The notes under the pieces were generated by a model. The model ran no database searches. It was not told where the DNA came from and saw nothing but the letters and a program-made list of their open reading frames with translations. A stretch of DNA of 64,000 nt. Origin: Bacillales bacterium UBA4694 (lineage in GTDB: Bacteria; Bacillota_I; Bacilli_A; RFN20; CAG-288). Position 1 is the first letter of the stretch. Every line of letters starts with the position of its first letter. The position numbers were made by a program, and so were the translations under genes. The stretch lies in assembly GCA_002404835.1 (NCBI GenBank), contig DHKM01000035.1, forward strand, positions 96,921-160,920, written 5' to 3'. Below, piece by piece: positions 56,202 to 64,000 of the stretch.

Positions 56202-56329
56202 TGAATTAAATGTGAATTGCTTGCCTATATTTTGCGATTGTCTAAGATAAAATTCCTCATCTGTTTTTGTGTTGGGGTATAATAAATTTATTAAAGTTCC
56301 ATCTTTTATTCCAAGAGAGGGGGAATTAA

Positions 56330-59300
56330 ATGTTTAGTAAGATATTTATGCTTCTTATTAGTGGATTTATCGGAATCCAAACTTCTGTGCTGTTTTCATT
56401 TAATCACGGAAATATAACTCCGAAGGAAGATATAAAGCAGGAAATTCGCACAAAAAGGCAGCAAATAAAAGTTGCTTTTCCAACTCAGGAAGGTATGAGT
56501 TTCTTTGGCCATTCTGGGAAAGTGACTGGATATAATTATGATTATCTAGAAAAAATCTCCGAATATACGGGATGGGAAATGCAATATATCCCATATGGAA
56601 GTTCTAATGGTAATGAGGCCGTATCTAACGCACTTAATGATGTGAAGGATGGGAAAGCAGATCTTTTAGGACCGATTTTAAAAAACACGGGAACAGAAAA
56701 GATTTTTGAATTTCCTAGTCATAGCTATGGTTCTGTCTAGACGACACTTTGTGCTTTGAAGACCAGCGATTTGAGGGAACATAATCTTTACTCTCAACCA
56801 TTGTTGAAAATAGGTCTTTGGAAAACGGCCACTACTCGTAATTCAGAGGTCTTATCTTATGTCGAATCCGAAAAATTTAACTATGAGATCGTCGAATTTG
56901 AAACTGCCGATGAACAAAAACAGGCTTTACTCGACGGAAAGGTCGATGTGATTTCAAGCGTTTCTCTCTCTCCGATTTCTGGAACAAGAATCGTTGCGAA
57001 TTTTTCCCCTAGACCTTATTACTTTGTTACCAAGAAAGGAAACACGGAACTGGTTCAGAAATTAGACGAAGCCATGACCTTGATGAATCAAGTGGATCCT
57101 AATCTTCAAGATAAGTTATTCGATACTTATTTTCGTACGGCAAGTAATTCTTTCGTTCTCAATGAAGCTCAAAAACAGAAACTTGCCCGTATGAATACGC
57201 TGAGGGTTTTATGCGCCCAATACGCTGCTCCATATATTTATGAAAAAGACAAAAAGGCATGCGGTCTTTTGGCTTCTGTTCTCAACGATTTTTCCAAGGA
57301 AGTTGGTGTCAAGATCTCTTATGAATTCTCCGCTTCTAGAGAAGATATGGTCTCCAAATTGGAAAAAGCGGATTATGATCTCATTCTTGGAATCAACATG
57401 ACTTCTGGTAGATGCTCTCAATATGGGTTTATCAACAGTGTTCCTGTTCTTGAATCTGTTCTTTGTTTTGCACAAAAACCAGAAAACACAGCAACAGCAA
57501 AACGTATTGCGATAATGAAAGGACTTGAGGAGCAGTATCCTGTTTCTGAGTATGAAGAGGTTATTTACTGCGACAGTTCAAAGGATTGTATTAAGGCTGT
57601 CGAACAGGGAAAGGCAGATATTGCTTTTGCATCCCGTGATGCTATGCAATACTATATTTATGAATCCGGAAGTACTTTGGTCACTAGTCTTGTTCCGGGG
57701 CAGACGGTGAATGTTACTTTTCCTGTTTCTAGGAAATCTGATTCCACTCTTCTTACTGCATTGAATGGTTATATTGATAGTATTTCGGAAACGGATTTAA
57801 CTTCGTATATCAGTGAGGCAAACCTTCATAAAGATACCATTTCTATTTCTCTTTTCATTAAGAGAAATCCTCTTTCTGCATCCTTGATTCTAGGTTCTAT
57901 TGTTCTCGTTATAGCTGCTATTATCTTTTTCTTTGTTATTCGTTCGATTAAACAAAAGGAAAAATTGCAGCTGGCACATAATAAGCAACTTTCTGATGCA
58001 TTGGAAATTGCGGATGAAGCAAATAAAGCAAAGACAACGTTCTTATCAAATATGAGCCATGATATAAGAACACCGATGAATGCTGTAATTGGGTTCTCTA
58101 CGCTTCTTGCCAAAAATCCATCAGATGAGACGAAGGTTAAAGAATATTCCAGGAAAATCACGGCTGCCAGCAATCATCTTTTAGGTTTGATCAATGACAT
58201 TCTCGATATTACCAAAATCGAGAACGGAAAAATGTCTTTGCATCAGTCAGTGTTTTCCTTGGATGAACTGGTCAGTTCTGTAAATGTAGTCATTCGTCCT
58301 ATGGCCAACGCGAAGAAACAGGAGCTAAGGATTAATGTAGGAGCCATGAATCATGAGTTGTTCATAGGTGACAAGACAAGATTGAATCAGATTCTTATTA
58401 ATCTTCTTTCTAATTCCATCAAATACACGCCAGAAGGTGGACAAATTATGTTGGAAATTACAGATAATGGTCAGTCCTCCCCTTCTATTGAAAGACTTCG
58501 CTTTGTTGTAGCAGACAATGGTTACGGAATTTCGGATGAATTCAAGAAGGTGATATTTGAGCCATTCACAAGAGCTGAGGACAGTACAATCAACAAAGAA
58601 GTGGGGACTGGTTTAGGTCTTGCGATTACAAAGAATATCATCGATTTGATGGGTGGTACCATTTCCCTGGACAGCAAACTTGGGAAGGGCTCTATTTTCA
58701 CTGTTGATCTTTCTCTAAGGCTCACGCATGAAGAGGAAGATGAGAATTTCTGGGCAAATCACAATGTATCGAGAATTCTTTTGGTAGATGATGAAAAGAG
58801 TATTTGTGATGGAATCAAGGAGACCATGAAGAATACCGGGGTTTCCTTCGATGCATGTTATTCTGGAATGGATGCCATCAAACTTGTCAGGGAACGTTAT
58901 GAAGAACACCAAGAATACAATACGATTATTCTTGATTGGCAGATGCCAGGCATGAACGGCTTGGATACGGCTAAAGAGATAAGAAAAATTGTTCCAGTTG
59001 ACACTCCGATTTTGTTCCTTACCTCCTATGATTGGACGGATATTGAGACTAAAGCTCTGGAAATAGATATCGATGGTTTCTTGGCAAAACCATTTACGGA
59101 AGTAAATTTGAAAGAAAAACTCATCGAAGTGGAACGTTTCAAGAATTCAGTTTCCGAGGACGATTCAGTGATGGATTTAGGCGGGATGCATTTCCTTCTT
59201 GCCGAAGATAATGATCTAAATGCTGAAATTGTTGTCGAACTGCTGAAGTCGGAAGGTGCGGATTGTGTGGTAGCCAAAAACGGAAAAGAAGCCGTTGATC

Positions 59301-59605
59301 TATTCGAAAAATCCGAGCCGAAACATTTCAATGCAATCTTGATGGATGTTATGATGCCGGTTATGGATGGGTATGAAGCGACCAAGGCCATCCGCAGGTC
59401 CTCTCATCAGGATGCCAAGGATATTCCGATTATCGCTATGACGGCCAGTGCTTTTGTCAAGGATGTCCAGGACGCTCTTGATTCGGGAATGAATGCACAT
59501 CTTGCTAAACCAATCCATATCGATGCTTTGAAGAATACCCTTACGTCTTGCAAGAAGAAAATCGAAGCTTCAGAAGAAAAGCAGAAGGAGGGGTTAACGA
59601 AATGA
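56330..59605 (+). pseudogene. Hybrid sensor histidine kinase (two periplasmic solute-binding-like domains, TM, HisKA-HATPase_c, two receiver domains) interrupted by one in-frame TAG at 56738-56740
   Basis: ORFs 56330..56740 and 56756..59605 share a frame (...PSHSYGSV*TTLCALKTSD...). H-box MSHDIRTPMNAVIGF, N-box LLSNSIKYT, G1 DNGYGI, G2 GTGLGLAITK. REC1 has ILLVDDE and DWQMPGMNG. REC2 has LLAEDNDLN and MDVMMPVMDG. Confidence 0.8.
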
Positions 59606-61530
59606 GCAAAGAATCATATTCTTTGAGTGCAAAAGAAGCAGAGGAACAAATAAGACAGTTAAAGAAGGTTTTTTCTGTTGTAAGAATCCTAAAAAAAGAT
59701 GAAATCGGTGCAATCTGCTCAAAAGAGAATGGTTCAAAACTTCAATGTCCATGCTATTCTTTCTGGGAAAAAGATAACCCATGCGATAACTGTACCTCGA
59801 TTAGGGCACTTCATCTTAAATCGGATCAAGTAAAAATCGAATTTTCAAAAGACGGAGCCTATTTTGTTGTTTCTCGTTATCTTGAAATCGATGGCAGGCC
59901 TTGTGTCATGGAATTGTTAAGGGAATTCGATGATTCCAACATCGTAGACATCAGTGGCCAGGAAAAACTGATAAAACATATCAATATGTTCTATGAGAAG
60001 ACATATGTGGATGTTCTTACTGGTTCTTATAATCGCCGTTACTATGAAGAAAAAATCAAAGAAAGTTCGTTTAAATGCTGTGTCGCCATGATCGATTTAG
60101 ATGATTTCAAAGTCTATAATGATGCCTATGGACATATAGCGGGTGACTATGTTTTGAAGGTTTTTGCAAAAGAGCTTCAAAAGAATTTGGAAAGTGAAGA
60201 TCGGCTGATTCGCTATGGTGGGGATGAATTCCTTCTTTTGATACCGAATGTTACAAGAGAAAATTTTGCCATTAGGCTTCAGACGATACTTAAACCTTTG
60301 AAAAATATTGTTTTTCCCGGATATGCGGAAATCAATTTGACTTTCAGCGCAGGGGCCACGTTCTCAGATTCAGAGAATATAGTTGAATCTGTCAAGCGAG
60401 CAGATCGCTTCCTTTATTGCGCCAAGGCCAAAAAGAACACTCTTGTCACGGATGACAATATACAAATTTCGGATTCCAATGATAAGATCAATATATTGGT
60501 TGTCGATGATTCTTCCATCAATAGGGATATTCTTTGTTCTATTCTGAGCAATGAATTTAATGTTATTGAAGCTGACGGAGGAAGAAGTTGCGTTAAGATC
60601 CTTGAACAATCTTCGAATCATATTTCGTTAGTTCTTCTTGATATATTGATGCCTGATATGGACGGGTTTGAGGTCCTAAAATTTATGAGGAATCATCATC
60701 TTCTCGAATCGATTCCAGTCATTACGATTACCGGAGATGAATCGCCTCTTACGATAAGAAGAGCCTATGAGATGGGTGTTTCCGATTTTATCAGCAGACC
60801 ATTCGATGCCAAAGTAGTTTATCGTCGTGTTCTGAATACCATTAATCTATACCAAAAGCAAAGAAGACTTCTTTTTTCTGTTTCAAGCGAAATCCTTCAA
60901 AAAGAAAAGTGCAGCCATATTCTTGTCGATATTTTAAGTCAATTGACGGAGTTCCGTTCTGGGATCGGCAAGGAACATATCACGAACATCAATAAAATTA
61001 CGGAACTTCTCCTTATTCGATTGATGAAGAAGACCGATAAATACAAACTGAAAAAAGAAGATATTTATTTAATTGCTACAGCTTCTGCCTTACATGATAT
61101 CGGAAAAGTTGAGATTGATACCAAGATTTTGAATAAACCCGGAAAACTCACTAAGGAAGAATTCGAAATAGTTAAGAAACATACGGTTCTTGGTGCTGCT
61201 ATGGTGATGAATATCCGGGAATATCAAAATGAGCCATTGGTCAAATATGCTTATCAAATTTGTCTTTACCATCATGAGAAATTTGATGGTAAAGGATATC
61301 CGAAAGGATTGAAGGGGGATGATATCCCAATTGCAGCCCAAGTGGTTTCGATGGCGGATGTCTATGATGCATTGACCGCTGAAAGGGTCTATAAGAAGGC
61401 TTATTCTCAAGATGAGGCATTGAGGATGATATTAGATGGACAGTGTGGTCAATTCAATCCATTACTTGTGGAATGCCTTCTTGAAATCAAGGATTCCCTG
61501 AAAAAGGACAAACACGGTGAAATCATCTGA
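59602..61530 (+). CDS. c-di-GMP turnover protein: Cys-rich N-domain, GGDEF, receiver and HD-GYP
   Basis: RYGGDEFLLL (intact GGDEF), REC (ILVVDDSSINRD, LLDILMPDMDG), HD-GYP (ALHDIGKV, HHEKFDGKGYPKGL). Start at ATG 59602 after AAGGAGGGG, with an ATGA overlap onto the kinase stop. Confidence 0.9.
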   Translation: MSKESYSLSAKEAEEQIRQLKKVFSVVRILKKDEIGAICSKENGSKLQCPCYSFWEKDNPCDNCTSIRALHLKSDQVKIEFSKDGAYFVVSRYLEIDGRPCVMELLREFDDSNIVDISGQEKLIKHINMFYEKTYVDVLTGSYNRRYYEEKIKESSFKCCVAMIDLDDFKVYNDAYGHIAGDYVLKVFAKELQKNLESEDRLIRYGGDEFLLLIPNVTRENFAIRLQTILKPLKNIVFPGYAEINLTFSAGATFSDSENIVESVKRADRFLYCAKAKKNTLVTDDNIQISDSNDKINILVVDDSSINRDILCSILSNEFNVIEADGGRSCVKILEQSSNHISLVLLDILMPDMDGFEVLKFMRNHHLLESIPVITITGDESPLTIRRAYEMGVSDFISRPFDAKVVYRRVLNTINLYQKQRRLLFSVSSEILQKEKCSHILVDILSQLTEFRSGIGKEHITNINKITELLLIRLMKKTDKYKLKKEDIYLIATASALHDIGKVEIDTKILNKPGKLTKEEFEIVKKHTVLGAAMVMNIREYQNEPLVKYAYQICLYHHEKFDGKGYPKGLKGDDIPIAAQVVSMADVYDALTAERVYKKAYSQDEALRMILDGQCGQFNPLLVECLLEIKDSLKKDKHGEII

Positions 61531-61610
61531 GTTTGATTTTGCTAACAGAAAAATCATCCTGGAAATTGAAAGGAGAACAGGCGCCTCCAGGATGTAAGTG
61601 CCAAACAGAT

Positions 61611-61964
61611 ATGACAATCAAACAATTTTATGAAACAATCGATGCAGACTACGAAGAAATATTGACTCGGCTTGGATCCGAAAACCTTGTCAAAAAAATC
61701 GTTCTTCGTTTCCTAACTGATCCTACCTTTGCTGAGTTTGAAAAGGCATATGAGGCAAAGGATGCTTCAAAAGCATTCCTGGAAATACATACGCTGAAAG
61801 GAATAGCAAGCAATCTTGGATTTGATAAACTATATGAACCGGTTTATCGTCTGACTGAGAAACTTCGTCCACGTGATTTTTCCTTAGAGGGCATCGATGC
61901 TCTTTATCAAGAAGTAAAAAATCAGTATTACCTTGTCTTAGATGCCTTGAAACAAGTGAAATGA
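61611..61964 (+). CDS. Hpt (histidine phosphotransfer) domain protein
   Basis: EIHTLKGIASNLGF contains the HxxKG phosphohistidine motif. The track start at 61533 is a TTG. The ATG at 61611 gives a ~117-aa Hpt-sized protein, but the start is uncertain. Confidence 0.7.
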   Translation: MTIKQFYETIDADYEEILTRLGSENLVKKIVLRFLTDPTFAEFEKAYEAKDASKAFLEIHTLKGIASNLGFDKLYEPVYRLTEKLRPRDFSLEGIDALYQEVKNQYYLVLDALKQVK

Positions 61965-61967
61965 TCA

Positions 61968-62004
61968 AAAAGCACTATTCCCGTTTTTGGAAATAGTGCT
62001 TTTC
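61968..62004. terminator. Bidirectional terminator between convergent genes
   Basis: AAAAAGCACTATTCC (61967-61981) / GGAAATAGTGCTTTT (61989-62003), with a one-base bulge. Confidence 0.55.
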
Positions 62005-62037
62005 AGTTATTTTAGCTTAAAGAATCCACTTCTATTC

Positions 62038-62439
62038 TTAAGACATTTCAGTTTCGGTATTCTGAATTTCTTTTGCTTTCGCTTTCAGTTTTTCCATTTG
62101 CTGATGTAGAAGGTAGTTATTGGTTCTGATTTCTTTTTTTTGATTGGCTTTATAGATTGTATATAGGATGCCAGGAATCAGGAACAAAAGGTAGAGAAGA
62201 ATCGTCAGAAGTTCATCCATTTCAATATAGGTACGAAGTTGTACTTTCAAATTCATGTATTTCTCTTGCAAAGCAACAAGTTCAGAATGATTTGGCTGAT
62301 TAAGATCTCTTTCTACAACGATAATTGTCCTTCTACATGATCTTCCCACTTTTTTTGAATAGACGTCTTTGATTTTCCAACCGAATGGAAGATAATCTTC
62401 CTTTTGTTCTTCTTTGATTTCTTTTTGTTCTGTTTTCAT
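62038..62439 (-). CDS. Hypothetical single-pass membrane protein (133 aa)
   Basis: Charged N-terminus, one TM (LLTILLYLLFLIPGILYTIY) and a coiled-coil-like tail. Starts 2 nt after the upstream gene stop. Confidence 0.5.
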   Translation of the reverse strand: MKTEQKEIKEEQKEDYLPFGWKIKDVYSKKVGRSCRRTIIVVERDLNQPNHSELVALQEKYMNLKVQLRTYIEMDELLTILLYLLFLIPGILYTIYKANQKKEIRTNNYLLHQQMEKLKAKAKEIQNTETEMS

Positions 62440-62441
62440 GT

Positions 62442-64000
62442 TTAGTTTATTTTTGTGATATTTCTCGTTTTCAAATTCAACTGGTAATAATGGGCGTCTC
62501 CCAATAGGAGCTTTGGTATATAGTTCAGGAAATAAAGATTTTCATTGCTTATGGCCAGCGAAGTCGCATAGTAGGTTTCTTCATAGGAACAAAGAAGAGT
62601 CTGTGTCCCATCTTTATCCGCGTTTTTGCTTACTTTGTAGAAGCCGGCATTTGACGTAGAAGTGGCTGCATAGGAATAATAGTAAATGTCATTGTTATCG
62701 AGGATGAATTCGCTGGGATTTGTCTTTGATGATGCAATCGGGATGCCTTCCTTTAATGTGCTTAGGTCGGTCTTTTTGATGGAATTGTCCGTTATTCCAT
62801 TATAAATGTAATAGATATTGTCACCATCGAATTCGAATTGTTTGACGTTTTTGATGTTCTTGCTTAGAACATTTGATTTCAGATTGGTGGAATCATCATG
62901 GATCTGACTGAGATCGATGAATTCGATTTTTCCGTTGTCCTGACCTGAGGCGCAGTTGATGAAGTAGAGCTTGTTGTTCTTGATTCTGAAGTTCTTTGCC
63001 CCGTTGATATTGGAGAATTTGACGTATTGGGTTCCATCTGGTTTCATTCGGAAGATTCCGCCACTTGTTCCTAGGAAATTATAATGTGTACCATAGAGAT
63101 AGGTTCCGTCCGAAACGATTTTCCGACAGTCGTTTGAGGTCAATTTTTTTGCTATTCCTCCGTTTTTGAGATCTACGCAATAGAGATCGTTGTTGGTAAG
63201 TGTGGTAACCTGGTTGAAGTAAAGGATATCCCCTATGATTGAGAAATCATCGACTTTGTTGCTGCTCAGTTGAGTGAGTACCTTTGTTTTTTCGTCATAT
63301 CTGTTCAGGGTTTTTCCACGATACATATCTAGGTAGTAGATGCTTCCGTTATAGCTTATGGATTTTCCTCCGATGTTTGTCGGAGTGGTTTCCGGAGGTA
63401 CAAAACCAGGAATAAGATCTTTACTCGTCTTTTCCTGAATCCTGTACTCATAGGGATGCAGATTGTCATTGTCGATGTAAACCAAAGTATTGCTGTCTTT
63501 GACATCAAATGAAGTAAGATTTTTTCCACTCAGGATCTGCGTATTTGTCTTGGATGTTACATCAATCTTCCAAATTCCTTTTCTGCTTTCATCGATTTTT
63601 CCGTAAAGATCATTGTAGGTGTAATAAAGGAAACCGTCTTTCATGATCAGGTTTTTGCCTGAGGCATCGGTCAGTTTTTCGATTTTTCTTTCTGATGAAT
63701 TCAGGTCTATCATACCGATATAATCGTTTAAGGTGGAATGGAAGATTCCATACAGGGAATGATCGGATATCATATATTCTTTGATTTCTTGGTCTAGAAC
63801 AAGTGAAATGCTGTTATTTGTCAGATTTATGCGGTAAAGATGGGAATCCTGTTCCTTGTTTTGAAAGTAAAGATAATTTCCACTTAGGCTGATCTTGTCT
63901 GATCTTCCTTCGAAGATTTTTTCCACCTCCGGTTCCCTCGTGGAGGAATTTTTCACTTTGTAGATTCCGCAGGATTCTTTCAAGAGCGTGTTTTTAGAGT
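62442..64000 (-). CDS. DUF5050-like beta-propeller repeat protein, N-terminus beyond the window end
   Basis: Recurrent ~45-aa blades of the type G(N/D)xLY(F/Y)xN...LY(R/K)(I/M)xL.G (e.g. GNYLYFQNKEQDSHLYRINLTNN, GDILYFNQ, DNIYYIYN, ENLYFLNY). The frame is open to position 64000. The track start is a TTG. Confidence 0.55.
   Translation of the reverse strand, partial: SKNTLLKESCGIYKVKNSSTREPEVEKIFEGRSDKISLSGNYLYFQNKEQDSHLYRINLTNNSISLVLDQEIKEYMISDHSLYGIFHSTLNDYIGMIDLNSSERKIEKLTDASGKNLIMKDGFLYYTYNDLYGKIDESRKGIWKIDVTSKTNTQILSGKNLTSFDVKDSNTLVYIDNDNLHPYEYRIQEKTSKDLIPGFVPPETTPTNIGGKSISYNGSIYYLDMYRGKTLNRYDEKTKVLTQLSSNKVDDFSIIGDILYFNQVTTLTNNDLYCVDLKNGGIAKKLTSNDCRKIVSDGTYLYGTHYNFLGTSGGIFRMKPDGTQYVKFSNINGAKNFRIKNNKLYFINCASGQDNGKIEFIDLSQIHDDSTNLKSNVLSKNIKNVKQFEFDGDNIYYIYNGITDNSIKKTDLSTLKEGIPIASSKTNPSEFILDNNDIYYYSYAATSTSNAGFYKVSKNADKDGTQTLLCSYEETYYATSLAISNENLYFLNYIPKLLLGDAHYYQLNLKTRNITKIN

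Noticed and set aside
38759-56740. TAG reassigned as a sense codon (pyrrolysine or other recoding), which would explain the amber codons in two kinase genes
   Set aside because: TAG is the terminator of at least six confident genes here (stops at 9408, 20263, 21969, 24731, 27993-27995 and 28507). No pyl genes or suppressor tRNA are in the window, so ordinary nonsense mutations or sequencing errors are more parsimonious.
61533-61610. TTG start at 61533 for the Hpt gene (143-aa form)
   Set aside because: The extra 26 residues (MILLTEKSSWKLKGEQAPPGCKCQTD) are not part of an Hpt fold, and the start is a TTG 3 nt after the upstream stop. The ATG at 61611 gives a canonical-size Hpt protein, but neither start has a strong SD, so this stays uncertain.
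1-64000. CRISPR arrays, tandem DNA repeats, insertion sequences, integrases, prophage genes, tRNA/rRNA
   Set aside because: Reading all intergenic regions (the longest are 26329-26660, 36623-36987 and 49438-49716) showed only AT-rich promoter-like DNA and terminator hairpins. There is no regularly spaced repeat, no recombinase-like ORF and no cloverleaf-like or rRNA-like sequence.

Overview
A 64-kb, AT-rich (by eye about 35-40% GC, not computed), densely coding chromosomal segment. It holds about 50 protein genes, mostly on the minus strand. I recognised no rRNA, tRNA, CRISPR array, transposase, integrase or phage gene. The standard code applies: TGA, TAA and TAG all terminate confident genes. 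Three features suggest a Mollicutes-like (Acholeplasma/Erysipelotrichia-related) low-GC Firmicute, as inference only: ten lipobox lipoproteins, an 864-aa OppF and a MalK-type ATPase with a large insert, and fused or expanded permeases. Content from left to right: a partial EF-G paralogue; MarR plus a heterodimeric ABC exporter with one degenerate ATP site; an AEC permease; htpG behind a CIRCE operator; an orphan hypB translationally coupled to a 135-aa unknown; an island of four large surface lipoproteins (Big_2, BspA-type LRR); a MATE exporter. The most interesting locus is 20263-25498, a six-gene coupled operon. It joins a CooC/AcsF-type ATPase, a 2-hydroxyacyl-CoA-dehydratase-like heterodimer with its ATP-dependent activase, an untracked 59-aa membrane peptide, and a 236-aa Cys protein that looks like an excised central domain of acetyl-CoA synthase. 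The usual partners of either system are absent from the window. Further right: a second MATE; oppABCDF (OppF carries four degenerate copies of its own N-terminal module); an OmpR/kinase pair (kinase cut by an in-frame TAG) with a Cthe_2159-like lipoprotein; SDR, phosphohexomutase and manA next to a CUT1-like ABC importer; a second OmpR/PAS-kinase pair; an ECF sigma/anti-sigma/lipoprotein operon; a hydrolase; a phosphorelay made of a solute-binding-domain hybrid kinase (also cut by an in-frame TAG), a GGDEF-REC-HD-GYP protein and an Hpt protein; and a partial DUF5050-like propeller protein. Several start codons in the ORF track (TTG-extended) were moved to ATGs preceded by Shine-Dalgarno sequences.
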